DNA of 64,000 nucleotides from Pyrinomonadaceae bacterium (GCA_046155085.1 JBJXEG010000011.1:240855-304854), one strand, 5' to 3'; shown: positions 44,982 to 55,269, numbered from the stretch's first letter. Numbers and translations are program-made. The notes: generated by a model from the letters alone, not told the origin.

Positions 44982-45962
44982 ATGTCGAAGCGAAAGATCA
45001 TCGTCACGGGCGGAGCGGGTTTTATTGGCAGTGCTGTCGTTTGGCGCCTGAACAAGCTTGGGCATGAGGATATTCTGATCGTCGACCGAATGGACGAGAC
45101 TGATAAGTGGAAAAATCTTGCTCCGCTTAGATTTGCGGATTATATAGACGCGGACGATTTTATTGATGAAATCGGAAGTTTTAAGAACGTAAAGACAATC
45201 TTCCATCTTGGAGCATGTTCGTCTACTACCGAGACCGATTCGGACTATATGTTCCGAAACAATTATCAGTATACGAAGGACCTTGCCGAATTTTCGCTGG
45301 CAAATGATATCCGGTTTGTTTACGCTTCGTCTGCGGCGACTTATGGCGACGGTTCGGCCGGGATGGCAGACGGCACCGATGAGCTTGACAGTCTTCGCCC
45401 GCTGAATGTTTACGGGTATTCGAAGCATTTTTTTGACCAGTACGCGACCCGCAACGGCATGTTCGATCGGATAGTGGGGCTGAAATATTTTAATGTCTTT
45501 GGGCCGAACGAGAATCATAAGGGCGATATGCGGAGCCTAGTGAACAAGGCCTTTAGCGAAATAAACGCGACCGGGATGATCGGGCTGTTTAAGAGCTGTA
45601 ATCCTGAGTACAAGGACGGCGAATTTGGGCGGGATTTTGTGTATGTAAAAGATGCGGTCGATATGACGCTGCACTTTGCCGAGAACGAGGTCGGTGGTTT
45701 GTTTAATGTCGGTTCGGGCCGGATGGCGACGTGGAACGCTCTGGCAAACGCAACTTTTGCCGCTATGGGCCGCACGCCCAATATCCAGTACATCGATATG
45801 CCTGAGCAACTTCGCGACCGTTATCAATATTACACACAGGCCGATCTGACGCTGATCAGGCGAGCGGGTTATTCACCGGAAACGACCTCGCTCGAATCGG
45901 CAGTCGCTGATTACGTTCAAAATTATCTTATCCCAGGCAAGCATCTAGGTGATCGACAGTAA
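44982..45962 (+). CDS. hldD: ADP-L-glycero-D-manno-heptose 6-epimerase
   Basis: IIVTGGAGFIGS, YGYSK (YxxxK) and LFKSCNPEYKDGEFGRDFVYVKD. Confidence 0.88.
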   Translation: MSKRKIIVTGGAGFIGSAVVWRLNKLGHEDILIVDRMDETDKWKNLAPLRFADYIDADDFIDEIGSFKNVKTIFHLGACSSTTETDSDYMFRNNYQYTKDLAEFSLANDIRFVYASSAATYGDGSAGMADGTDELDSLRPLNVYGYSKHFFDQYATRNGMFDRIVGLKYFNVFGPNENHKGDMRSLVNKAFSEINATGMIGLFKSCNPEYKDGEFGRDFVYVKDAVDMTLHFAENEVGGLFNVGSGRMATWNALANATFAAMGRTPNIQYIDMPEQLRDRYQYYTQADLTLIRRAGYSPETTSLESAVADYVQNYLIPGKHLGDRQ

Positions 45963-46741
45963 TGAGCCAGAACATCGGCGATCTAAACTGGAGCGGCACC
46001 GTGCTCGTATGGGACGAGCAAGCAATATTTCTTGGCCTCGCGGCCGGCGCGAGCCTGCACGAATCTCCTGCGATCAAGGTCTGCGTTGCTCTCGACGGCA
46101 ATTTTGGGCTCCGGACAAGTGAAGCCGAAGAATGGACTGATTACAATTCCGCGATTATCGCTCCGGGCCAGCCACACGCTATTGATGGGCGGCAGAATCG
46201 GATGGTGATGCTCTTGCTCGCACCCGAAACGCCGCTTGCCCAGCCGCTGGCACCTATATTTTCGAAGAACGGCATCACAAAAATTAACTCGGCGGTCGAA
46301 AAGATCCGTGCGATCTTTGCCGATCTTGACCAAGCAAAAGCGGGCGACGAGCCAAATGTCTGTCATCAAATGGTTGAGGCGATTGGTGGGGACGACAGTC
46401 TGCCGATCGACAGCCGCGTAGCACAAAGCATCGAATGGATCAGGTCGAGCCGCGAAGAGGGCATTGCTGTCCAGGAGATCGCCTCGGGTGTCGAGCTATC
46501 CGAAAGCAGGTTTTCGCATCTCTTTACGGAAAACGTTCGCATTCCTGTCCGCCGCTACTTGCTCTGGCTGCGTCTGCGTGACGCGATGCATCTGCTGGCC
46601 CAAGGGCGTTCGCTGACAGAGACTGCTCACGAAGCAGGTTTTTCCGATTCCGCACATCTTGCCCGCACTTTCCGCTCACTGCTCGGTATCGCCCCGTCTG
46701 CACTGACCAAAGAAAGTTCTATCACATCTTTTCTCAAATAG
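45962..46741 (+). CDS. AraC-family transcriptional regulator
   Basis: C-terminal dual HTH (SRFSHLFTENVRIPVRRYLLWLRL...GFSDSAHLARTFRSLLGIAPS). TAATG overlap with hldD. Confidence 0.85.
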   Translation: MSQNIGDLNWSGTVLVWDEQAIFLGLAAGASLHESPAIKVCVALDGNFGLRTSEAEEWTDYNSAIIAPGQPHAIDGRQNRMVMLLLAPETPLAQPLAPIFSKNGITKINSAVEKIRAIFADLDQAKAGDEPNVCHQMVEAIGGDDSLPIDSRVAQSIEWIRSSREEGIAVQEIASGVELSESRFSHLFTENVRIPVRRYLLWLRLRDAMHLLAQGRSLTETAHEAGFSDSAHLARTFRSLLGIAPSALTKESSITSFLK

Positions 46742-46789
46742 CAGGAGCGTTCAAGCATTTCTAGGACCTAGTATTTATGCTTTGTTCTA

Positions 46790-48559
46790 ATGAACAATGA
46801 CAAACTGATCTATCCCGAGCCAATTGTGATCGGCGCTGACGAAGGTGAAAGCTGGGACAACTGGGGCTTTCGTGACACGAGCTTTGCGATAAACGAACGT
46901 GACGTTGTCGAGATAACCGGCGCTCGTTACGAGCTTAGCGGCAAAGAACTGCCTCGTCTTTTGCCCTGGATCCGAGAGACGCTTGAGATTGATCTCGACG
47001 TACGCGACCAGCACACGAATTCGTATCCAACCGAAATTCCAGCTCCGGTCGAATCGCCAGCATTTACAAAAGCGATCTCGGCATTCCTAAGTGATAACCA
47101 AATCGACACTGATGGTGAAAACCGTCTGCGTCACGGTCACGGACACACGCAGGAAGAGATGTTTTCGATCAAGCATAATAAACTTGGCCGCATCCCCGAC
47201 ATGGTCGTTTATCCCGAGAGTGAGCAGCAGGTCGCAGGATTGATCTTGGCTGCAAAGGAAAACGATGTTGCTCTGCTGCCTTTTGGAGGCGGTACAAATG
47301 TTACGGATGCCCTTCGATGTCGTAACGACGAAAAACGTGTGATCATCTCGGTCGATATGCGCCGCATGAACCGGGTGCGTTGGATCGACAAGGAAAATAT
47401 GACGGCCTGTGTCGAGGCTGGTGCCGTTGGCCGTCACATTATGACGCAGCTTGCGGAATATGGCGTTTCGATGGGCCACGAGCCTGACAGCGTTGAGTTT
47501 TCGACGCTGGGCGGTTGGATCGCGACCAACGCGAGCGGGATGAAAAAGAACAAGTACGGCAACATTGAAGACATCGTTGTCGATATGACTGTCGCGACCG
47601 CCGATGGCGAGCTGAAACGGAGGACGACCGCTCCGCGTGAATCCGTCGGCCCAGACATGCGGCGCCTGATCTTTGGCTCCGAGGGAACGCTTGGCATCGT
47701 TACGTCCGCCGTCGTTAAGCTATTTCCGCTACCAGAAGCTCAAACTTATGGCTCTGTCCTGTTTCCATCATACGAGGACGGCTATGCCTTTATGCACGAG
47801 CTTGCCCACACATCTACACCTCCCGCAAGCGTCCGGTTGGTTGATAACCTGCAGTTCCAATTCGGACTTGCTCTAAAGCCGGCTTCGTCCGGAATAAAGG
47901 TCTGGAAGAGCAGTATCGAAAAATTTTTCGTTACCAAGGTCAAGGGCTTTGAACCCTGCAAGATGGTCGCTTTGACGCTGGTTTTCGAAGGCACGAAAAA
48001 AGAGGTCGTGCGTCAGCAGCAGGACGTTTATCGCATCGCCGCAAAACATGGCGGAATGAAAGCGGGAGCTGAAAATGGCCGTCGCGGCTATCAGCTTACA
48101 TACAGCATTGCCTATATCCGCGACTTTTTGATGAATCACTACATCATTGCTGAGTCCTTCGAAACATCCTGTGCGTGGAGCGACGCACTGAAGATATGCG
48201 ACAACGTCAAAAAGGTTCTGCGTGATGAATACACGAAACGTGGGTTTCCCGGAAAGCCTTTTGTCACGTCGCGGATCACCCAGGTTTACAGGACGGGCGT
48301 TGCGATCTATTTTTACTTTGGCTTTTATTATAAGGGTGTTGAAAATCCGTCTGAGGTCTATCTCGAGCTTGAAAACATCGCCCGCGAAGAGATACTCCGC
48401 TGCGGCGGGTCGCTCTCGCATCATCATGGCATCGGCAAAATTCGTGAGCAATATCTGCCGGAAATAATGTCCGAAACCGCCATCAAATGGAAGCAAGAGA
48501 TCAAACACGGACTCGATCCGCAGAACGTTTTTGGTGCCGGCAATCAGAATCTGAGGTAA
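46790..48559 (+). CDS. FAD-linked oxidase resembling alkyldihydroxyacetonephosphate synthase (AGPS)
   Basis: N-terminal WDNWGFRDTSFAINERDVVEITGARYELSGKELPRLLPW (AGPS-specific lead-in), an FAD-binding PCMH domain, and C-terminal SLSHHHGIGKIR. Confidence 0.75.
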   Translation: MNNDKLIYPEPIVIGADEGESWDNWGFRDTSFAINERDVVEITGARYELSGKELPRLLPWIRETLEIDLDVRDQHTNSYPTEIPAPVESPAFTKAISAFLSDNQIDTDGENRLRHGHGHTQEEMFSIKHNKLGRIPDMVVYPESEQQVAGLILAAKENDVALLPFGGGTNVTDALRCRNDEKRVIISVDMRRMNRVRWIDKENMTACVEAGAVGRHIMTQLAEYGVSMGHEPDSVEFSTLGGWIATNASGMKKNKYGNIEDIVVDMTVATADGELKRRTTAPRESVGPDMRRLIFGSEGTLGIVTSAVVKLFPLPEAQTYGSVLFPSYEDGYAFMHELAHTSTPPASVRLVDNLQFQFGLALKPASSGIKVWKSSIEKFFVTKVKGFEPCKMVALTLVFEGTKKEVVRQQQDVYRIAAKHGGMKAGAENGRRGYQLTYSIAYIRDFLMNHYIIAESFETSCAWSDALKICDNVKKVLRDEYTKRGFPGKPFVTSRITQVYRTGVAIYFYFGFYYKGVENPSEVYLELENIAREEILRCGGSLSHHHGIGKIREQYLPEIMSETAIKWKQEIKHGLDPQNVFGAGNQNLR

Positions 48560-48565
48560 AGAGGT

Positions 48566-49402
48566 ATGATGCGAGCCGAAAAGTTGATCCAGATCATCAA
48601 GAGCGCCAAACTTACAGGCGGCGTAGACGATCCGCCTGCGTGGCAGATCGAGAAGACGCGCTTTCAGTCAACGCTTTGCCGTATCTTGCTTCTGCCGATC
48701 GGCGGCCTGTTGGTTGCAGTAATGAAATACATCCGCGGCTATCGTATCGAAAATATGGCGGCGATACGCGGTCAGTTCAAGGCGATCTGGCAGGAAAAAG
48801 AGCGGGAGGATTATCCACTCGTTATTTGCTCCAACCATCTGACCTTTATCGACTCGGCCTTGATAATCTGGGCACTTGCATCGAATTATTGGTATTTCTT
48901 TAACTATCGTGCGTTTACATGGAACGTGCCCGCGGGTGATTTTTTTAAGAAAAAGCTGCATTATCACACAATCCTTTACCTAACCAAGTGCATTTTTATC
49001 GACCGCAAAGGCTCGCCCGCACATAAAAATGCGGTATTAAATCTATGCCGCTATCTGCTTGCCAAAGGAAATGTCGTGCTTATCTTTCCGGAGGGTCAAC
49101 GAAGCCGTGAGGGTAAGTTTGACGTTGACCGTCTGCGGTTCGGCACGGGAAAAATACTGACCTCACTCGAAGAAGCTCGCGTCCTATGTGTTTATATTCG
49201 CAGTCCGCTGCAAAAGGTGTTTTCAAATTATCCGCCGAAAGGTTCGCGTTTCAGGCTTTATATGAAACTGATCAAGCCGAATGTTGACGGGCTCTCGAAA
49301 AAGCAATCGAGTATCACTGCCGTGAAGGAGATCGGGACAGTGATCGAACAGATGGAGAATGAGTTTTTTGCCGCTCACGAACGCGAAAATCATTTAGAAT
49401 AA
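48566..49402 (+). CDS. PlsC-family (lyso)phospholipid/DHAP-type acyltransferase
   Basis: HX4D motif NHLTFID and FPEGQRSREG. Confidence 0.8.
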   Translation: MMRAEKLIQIIKSAKLTGGVDDPPAWQIEKTRFQSTLCRILLLPIGGLLVAVMKYIRGYRIENMAAIRGQFKAIWQEKEREDYPLVICSNHLTFIDSALIIWALASNYWYFFNYRAFTWNVPAGDFFKKKLHYHTILYLTKCIFIDRKGSPAHKNAVLNLCRYLLAKGNVVLIFPEGQRSREGKFDVDRLRFGTGKILTSLEEARVLCVYIRSPLQKVFSNYPPKGSRFRLYMKLIKPNVDGLSKKQSSITAVKEIGTVIEQMENEFFAAHERENHLE

Positions 49403-49406
49403 CATC

Positions 49407-49991
49407 ATGAATCTGCTTGCTATCGTCCTCATGCTTTCCTGTCTTCCGTCCGCGTTGATCGATTTTGCAATGCCAAAATGGAAAGCCGACAAAAACGTCC
49501 GGATCGAGGATACTTACAAGTGGCTTTATCAGGCTACCCGCGGCGGTGAACACGCCGCGCCGGACCGCGAGATGGCCAAACAATGGCTTGACGGCGAGTG
49601 GAGCGGGTTGAGCCTGCCGCAAAAAGGCGAGCCTCTCTGGGACCCTCTGTGTCCGGGTGGTGAGATTGGCCGCCTAAACCTCCGGCCATTTAAGACGCGG
49701 GGCGGCAGCGAGGACGATATTCTCGCCGCCTTTCTGACTGCAAGCCGTGAATATCGGTCGACGGTCTCAAGTTTTACCGACGCGTGGCTGGAGTTGGGAA
49801 AACGCCTAAGGAAAAAATCCCTTGGTCAGATAGATCGTAAAGCCTGGGACCGGCTCGATGGTGACATGAAAGCCAAAGATTATCCCGCCATTCACCACAG
49901 CTCGAATTACGAAAAAGCCAATAATCCCGCCTATCGCATTCTGACGGCGGGCGAAATGCGAAAACTCATAGCAAAACTAAAACAGCCCTAG
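49407..49991 (+). CDS. hypothetical secreted protein
   Basis: Signal-like N-terminus MNLLAIVLMLSCLPSALI. It starts 4 nt after the acyltransferase stop. Confidence 0.5.
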   Translation: MNLLAIVLMLSCLPSALIDFAMPKWKADKNVRIEDTYKWLYQATRGGEHAAPDREMAKQWLDGEWSGLSLPQKGEPLWDPLCPGGEIGRLNLRPFKTRGGSEDDILAAFLTASREYRSTVSSFTDAWLELGKRLRKKSLGQIDRKAWDRLDGDMKAKDYPAIHHSSNYEKANNPAYRILTAGEMRKLIAKLKQP

Positions 49992-50046
49992 TCCCATTTC
50001 CCGTTTGCTTTAACACTCCCGCGTGAAATACCATTTTCATTTGGCA

Positions 50047-51000
50047 ATGAAGATATTTCACGGCACCGAAAACGCTAATATTCTGCGGCCAACCGTCCTG
50101 ACGCTTGGCGTTTTTGATGGCCTGCACCTTGGGCATCAGCGAATAATGCAAACGGTTGTCGAGCGTGCCAACGCGATCGGTGCACATGCGACAGCGATAA
50201 CATTTGATCCACATCCACGTGCCGTTTTGCATCCCGAAACCGCCCCGCCGCTGCTCCAGACGCTCGATCAGCGCTTAGCAAATCTAGAAGTGCTGGGAAT
50301 TGGCCAAACCATTGTCATCCCATTTACACGGGCATTTTCCGGCCAACCGGCTGAGGATTTTTTGTCCGATATTATTTATGACAGGCTTAACGCAAAGGAG
50401 GTATACCTCGGCAAAGGCTTTGCTTTCGGCAGAGATCGAGGCGGCAATATCGAATTGCTCAAGACGATGAGCAAAACGCTGGGTTTCGTCGCGGATGAGG
50501 TCGCTGAAGTTCAAATCCGCGGGACGCGGATCAGCTCGTCAAATATTCGTAAACTCCTCGACGAAGGCAAGGTAAACCTGGCTCGCCGAATGCTGGGTCG
50601 ACCATACGGCGTCGAGGGCGTTATAATTCGCGGCAACCGCCGCGGCCATACCATCGGTTTCCCGACGGCAAATCTCAAGCCTCACAATCGCGTAATTCCA
50701 CGCTACGGCGTTTACGCGACAGCCACGCTGATCGACGGGGCGTGGAGAAAGAGCATTACCAATATTGGAGTCCGGCCGACCTTCGAAAACGAAGCTGAGC
50801 CGTCGATCGAATCTTATATCTTCGACTTTGACGGCAACCTATATGGAGACGTACTTCGCGTCCGGTTTCTGCACCGCATCCGTGACGAGCGCAAGTTTAA
50901 CGGTATTGATGAACTTAAAGCTCAGATCGAGCGGGACACCTTGCGGGCAAGGAACTATTTTTGCCATCAGGGCGTAAAGAATATGCTGGCGGTACTGTGA
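50047..51000 (+). CDS. ribF: bifunctional riboflavin kinase / FMN adenylyltransferase
   Basis: GVFDGLHLGHQ (FADS) and GFPTANL...RPTF...ESYIFDFDGNLYG (RFK). Start MKIFHG at 50047. Confidence 0.9.
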   Translation: MKIFHGTENANILRPTVLTLGVFDGLHLGHQRIMQTVVERANAIGAHATAITFDPHPRAVLHPETAPPLLQTLDQRLANLEVLGIGQTIVIPFTRAFSGQPAEDFLSDIIYDRLNAKEVYLGKGFAFGRDRGGNIELLKTMSKTLGFVADEVAEVQIRGTRISSSNIRKLLDEGKVNLARRMLGRPYGVEGVIIRGNRRGHTIGFPTANLKPHNRVIPRYGVYATATLIDGAWRKSITNIGVRPTFENEAEPSIESYIFDFDGNLYGDVLRVRFLHRIRDERKFNGIDELKAQIERDTLRARNYFCHQGVKNMLAVL

Positions 51001-51038
51001 AGTTTGGTAGGTCGCAGTAAGTACGAATAGAGAAAGAA

Positions 51039-52748
51039 ATGAACGATATCGCGGTAAAAGAAAGAATCGATCCGGCCGTTGCAAACGGAGTTTTATTGCC
51101 GACAAATGGGCTTGAGATCGCCAAACGCACTTCGAACGAAGATCTGATCGCCGAAGAGCGTGAGCTTCTGCGAACGGAAGAATCTGTCGAGAGTAGTTAT
51201 CTCGGTATACGCGGTTATCTGCGGTTGTTTCAGATCTCGCGAGTTATAGCCATGCTGTCGCTGTATCTCTATCTTGACCAGTACGATATTCATCGTAAAC
51301 ATAGCCAAAAAAAAGCGGCGGCGCGTATGGACAACGCCCGCAGTCTGACGCGAGCGGCCGTCTATGGTGAAAAATTGTACGGTTTGCGTCTATGGTTCGT
51401 TGATATTTTTTTGTTGAGTGTTCGGCGGTTTTTCGTCGGCAACAGCATAAATAAGGAAGCCAATCAGGAAAGACAGGCCCTGTGGCTTAAAGAAAAACTG
51501 ATAAAGCTGGGGCCGACGTTTATTAAGATAGGTCAGTCCATGGGCACCCGAGCTGACCTTTTGCCGCTGCCGTTTGTGAAAGAATTAGGAACGCTGGTCG
51601 ATCAGGTTCCGCCGTTTCCAAACGACGTTGCTTTTGCGATCATCGAGCATGAGCTTGGCAAGAAGATCAACGAGGTGTATGCCGAGTTTGACCTTGAGCC
51701 GGTCGCGGCCGCCTCTCTCGGTCAGGTATATCGGGCCCGGCTTCACAGCGGCGAAGAGGTTGCCGTCAAGGTGCAGCGGCCAAATCTCGAAGCTACTATA
51801 AAAGGCGATATCGTAATCCTCAAAAAGGTCGCAAAATTTGCCGAGCGGTTTCCGCAGTTAAACGAAAATGCTGATTGGGCCGGGATGCTGCGCGAATTTG
51901 ACGTAACGATTCACGAAGAGATGGATTACGCCGCTGAGGGGCGCAACGCCGAGCGATTTCATGAGAATTTTAAGAATTGGAAAAATATTCATGTGCCTAA
52001 GATCTACTGGCACGCTACGACCGCCAGGATATTGACCATGGAGTTTATCCACGGCACAAAGGTCACGGATCTTGCGGAACAGGCACGGCTCAACATCTCG
52101 CCGGCAAAGGTAAACCGTTTACTCATTAAAACCTATCTGAAACAGCTTTTAGAAGACGGCTTTTTTCACGCTGATCCGCATCCCGGCAATCTGCTTGTAA
52201 TGCCCGACGGGCGGCTAGCATTCTTTGATTTTGGGATGGTCGGGAGGATCTCGCCCAAGCTTCAGGCAAAAATGATCGATGCCTTTTTCCACGTTGTCGA
52301 TAAAGATCCGGGCGGGATTGCCGAAGATCTGATCGAGCTTGATTTCCTAAAACCCGGAACAAACCCGAGCGCGATTAAGCCGGTCGTTGAAAGGATGTTT
52401 GAGTTTCATTTCGACCTTAAACTCAAGGATGTTAATTTTAAGGAGCTGACATACGATCTGGCCGACGTGATGTACGACTATCCGTTTCGTCTGCCGTCAA
52501 ATTTTACATACATAATGCGTGCCCTTATGACGCTCGAGGGCATAGGTATCGTGACCGACCCGGAATTCAATTTCTTTGAAACGGCTAAGCCGTACGCCAA
52601 AGAATTTATGCTTCGGCGTGAGGGCAAGGACTTTCGCAAGCTGTTCGTCGACAAGATCATGGGCCGCGACGAGGGCGGCCACATCGACTGGGACCGTACA
52701 TGGAAGCTCGCAAAGATGGCGTTTCGCACCGTTTTGAATGCAGGTTGA
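51039..52748 (+). CDS. ABC1/UbiB-family atypical kinase
   Basis: LGPTFIKIGQSMGTRADLLPLPFVKEL...AAASLGQVYRA...FHADPHPGNL. Confidence 0.88.
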   Translation: MNDIAVKERIDPAVANGVLLPTNGLEIAKRTSNEDLIAEERELLRTEESVESSYLGIRGYLRLFQISRVIAMLSLYLYLDQYDIHRKHSQKKAAARMDNARSLTRAAVYGEKLYGLRLWFVDIFLLSVRRFFVGNSINKEANQERQALWLKEKLIKLGPTFIKIGQSMGTRADLLPLPFVKELGTLVDQVPPFPNDVAFAIIEHELGKKINEVYAEFDLEPVAAASLGQVYRARLHSGEEVAVKVQRPNLEATIKGDIVILKKVAKFAERFPQLNENADWAGMLREFDVTIHEEMDYAAEGRNAERFHENFKNWKNIHVPKIYWHATTARILTMEFIHGTKVTDLAEQARLNISPAKVNRLLIKTYLKQLLEDGFFHADPHPGNLLVMPDGRLAFFDFGMVGRISPKLQAKMIDAFFHVVDKDPGGIAEDLIELDFLKPGTNPSAIKPVVERMFEFHFDLKLKDVNFKELTYDLADVMYDYPFRLPSNFTYIMRALMTLEGIGIVTDPEFNFFETAKPYAKEFMLRREGKDFRKLFVDKIMGRDEGGHIDWDRTWKLAKMAFRTVLNAG

Positions 52749-52863
52749 GATGTCATTTTGCGGCCCAAAGCGTTAGACAGATCTTTTCATCATCAAGAAA
52801 CGAGTCTCGGTTATCTTCACATTGATCTATCTGACTGTTTTTCCTACACTCGCGACAAGCAAA

Positions 52864-53511
52864 ATGTCTAATTCTCGGCGGCTAACCGTCGCTCACATTA
52901 CTGATGACCTCACGATCAGCGAGCTTAGAGCCTCCATTTGGGAAAAGGCTCGGGATATCCTGATCTCAAAATATTGGTCCGGAGCCGGGGCGCCCGCCAC
53001 GCGGCATTTCAAAGCCCGGCTGTTATGGTCAGACACGGCGTTGTACGTGCGGTTTGAGGCAGCCCAAAGTGAGCCGCTTGTTGTCAGTGAAAAAGCGGAC
53101 GTTAAAATGAAAATACGCGGCCTGTGGGACCGTGATGTGTGCGAGATATTCATCGCGCCTGACAAAAAGAAGAGAAATAAGTATTTTGAATTTGAGATCG
53201 CACCAAATGGCGAATGGATCGATCTAGGAATTGAGGTCACGCCCGATGAGCGGGTAACCGATTGGGATTACAAGTCCGGCATGACATCGTTCGCGAAGAT
53301 CGAAGAGGGCAAAGTCGTGATGGCGATCAAGATCCCGTGGGAAGCATTCGGCGTTGCACGTCCCAAGATCGGTGATGTCTGGCTCGGCAATCTATTTCGA
53401 TGTGTCGGGAAAGGTAAGACGCGCGGCTATCTGGCTTGGAGCCCGACCGAAACCCCGAAGCCGAATTTTCATGTACCGGAAAAGTTTGGTGAGTTTGAGT
53501 TTGTAAAATAA
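52864..53511 (+). CDS. carbohydrate-binding family 9 / DOMON-like protein
   Basis: FKARLLWSDTALYVRFE...YFEFEIAPNG...WSPT pattern. Start MSNSRRL. Confidence 0.5.
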   Translation: MSNSRRLTVAHITDDLTISELRASIWEKARDILISKYWSGAGAPATRHFKARLLWSDTALYVRFEAAQSEPLVVSEKADVKMKIRGLWDRDVCEIFIAPDKKKRNKYFEFEIAPNGEWIDLGIEVTPDERVTDWDYKSGMTSFAKIEEGKVVMAIKIPWEAFGVARPKIGDVWLGNLFRCVGKGKTRGYLAWSPTETPKPNFHVPEKFGEFEFVK

Positions 53512-53580
53512 GTTCAGAGTGCAAGCTTTAGCTTGTTTCGCTACGTCCAGAAAAACAAGCTAAAGCTTGCACTCTGAACT
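53511..53580. terminator. perfect 28-bp-stem palindrome filling the gap between two convergent stop codons
   Basis: AGTTCAGAGTGCAAGCTTTAGCTTGTTT (53511-53538), a 14-nt loop, then the exact reverse complement (53553-53580). Confidence 0.7.
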
Positions 53581-53581
53581 T

Positions 53582-54355
53582 TTACACCGTCATTCCGCCA
53601 TCGATCGCAATTGTCTGTCCCGTGATGTAGCTTGACGCGTTAGAGGCAAGAAAGACCGTCACGCCTTTTAACTCGCCTTCTTCGCCCACGCGGGGAATTA
53701 CATTGTTCTCCTGAATAGATCTTTCATAAATATCGATCACGGCATCGGCTAGCCGCGAGTGAAAAAAGCCCGGAGCGATGGCGTTGACGCGGATGCCTTT
53801 GCGGCCCCAGCTTGCTGCCAACTCTCGTGTCAGGCCAATGAGACCTGCCTTGCTTGCAACATAACCCGCGTAAAAAGGGCCGTTCGCCGACGAGGTAAGA
53901 CCCGCGATTGAGGCAATATTGATGATCGAGCCGCTTTTTTGCTTGAGCATCTCGCGGCCCGCAGCCTGAGCAAATAGGAAACAGCCGGTCAAATTAACGT
54001 CGATGACCTTTTGCCACTGATCGAGCGGCATATCCTCAGGCATCGCTCCCCATGAGATGCCGGCGTTGTTGATGAGGATATCCACTGTGCCAAATTTTGC
54101 GACCGTAGCATCGACGACCTTTTGGACATCCTCTGCTTTCGCAACATCGCAGACCGTTCCCGCGACGGTAAAGCCTTTTCCCTCAAACTCTTTGACAGTC
54201 TCATCGAGCCACTCGGCCCGACGGGCGCAGAGCATTAAATCCGCGCCGGCTTCGGCCAGCCCCTCAGCCATTTCCTTGCCAATGCCCCGCGATCCACCGG
54301 TTACAATGGCAGTTTTTCCCGATAGATCAAATAATTCCTTAACGTTTTTCGACAT
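53582..54355 (-). CDS. SDR-family oxidoreductase
   Basis: TGGSRGIG, NNAG and YVASKAG (YxxxK). Start MSKNVKE at 54355. Confidence 0.88.
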   Translation of the reverse strand: MSKNVKELFDLSGKTAIVTGGSRGIGKEMAEGLAEAGADLMLCARRAEWLDETVKEFEGKGFTVAGTVCDVAKAEDVQKVVDATVAKFGTVDILINNAGISWGAMPEDMPLDQWQKVIDVNLTGCFLFAQAAGREMLKQKSGSIINIASIAGLTSSANGPFYAGYVASKAGLIGLTRELAASWGRKGIRVNAIAPGFFHSRLADAVIDIYERSIQENNVIPRVGEEGELKGVTVFLASNASSYITGQTIAIDGGMTV

Positions 54356-54474
54356 AATTGATTTGTGAATAGTAACTGTAACGAGTAAATAGTAAACCAA
54401 ATGCTTAAATATCTGTATTGCTCAATTGTTCGCGATCCATTTACTAATCACGATTTACTATTTACGATTGAGAA

Positions 54475-55269
54475 ATGGCGAAAACCCAAAAAGAACTCGC
54501 ATTTCTCCATGATTTATACATCCAGAACGAATGGACCCAGCGTTTTGCCGATCTGGTCGATAAACATCTAAATCTCGACGATTCGGACAATTTACTCTAC
54601 ATCAATGCCGGAACGGGCAGCCATGCGTTAGCGCTTCAGGAGAAATTTGGCGAAACGACGGATGTTTTTGCGACCTGCGAAAACGAAGATGTACTAAAGA
54701 TCGCACTTGATAAGGCGGCGGCCCTAAGCTCTGCGGTCGATTTTTCGATGATCCGCTTCGACAATGATGCATTTGATACGGTTTTGGCAGACTGCACATT
54801 TGCAAGGACGGATGAGGTCGAAACTCTTATTGAGAATGCTGTACGTGTCGCCCGCGTGACCGGCGATGTCGGCATATTTCTACCAACGTCGGGAAGTTTC
54901 GGAGAGGTTGCGTCCCTGCTGTGGGAGGTACTATTTACCGAGGGCTTTGGCGTACAGGGCACCGCCGCCGAGAAAATCATCAATGATCTGCCGACCGTAT
55001 CGGTTCTTGAATCGATCGCTGAACGGGCCGGGCTTGTTAACATCGAGACCCACAGCGAGATCGAGGTTTTTGAATATGAGAATGGCGATGAATTTATCGC
55101 GTCGCCGCTGGTGGCAGATTTCCTGCTACCCGCCTGGCTCGATGGCCTCGATGAAAACGAAAATGAGCGAGTCGTAAAGAAGCTCGCTCAGATAATAGAT
55201 GCCGAGGGCGAATCGCTCAGCTTTAGATTTTCGGTAAAGGCGACGCTGCTTACAGGTGAGAAAAAATAA
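54475..55269 (+). CDS. methyltransferase-fold protein with degenerate SAM motif
   Basis: LLYINAGTGSHALAL occupies the position of motif I. Confidence 0.45.
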   Translation: MAKTQKELAFLHDLYIQNEWTQRFADLVDKHLNLDDSDNLLYINAGTGSHALALQEKFGETTDVFATCENEDVLKIALDKAAALSSAVDFSMIRFDNDAFDTVLADCTFARTDEVETLIENAVRVARVTGDVGIFLPTSGSFGEVASLLWEVLFTEGFGVQGTAAEKIINDLPTVSVLESIAERAGLVNIETHSEIEVFEYENGDEFIASPLVADFLLPAWLDGLDENENERVVKKLAQIIDAEGESLSFRFSVKATLLTGEKK

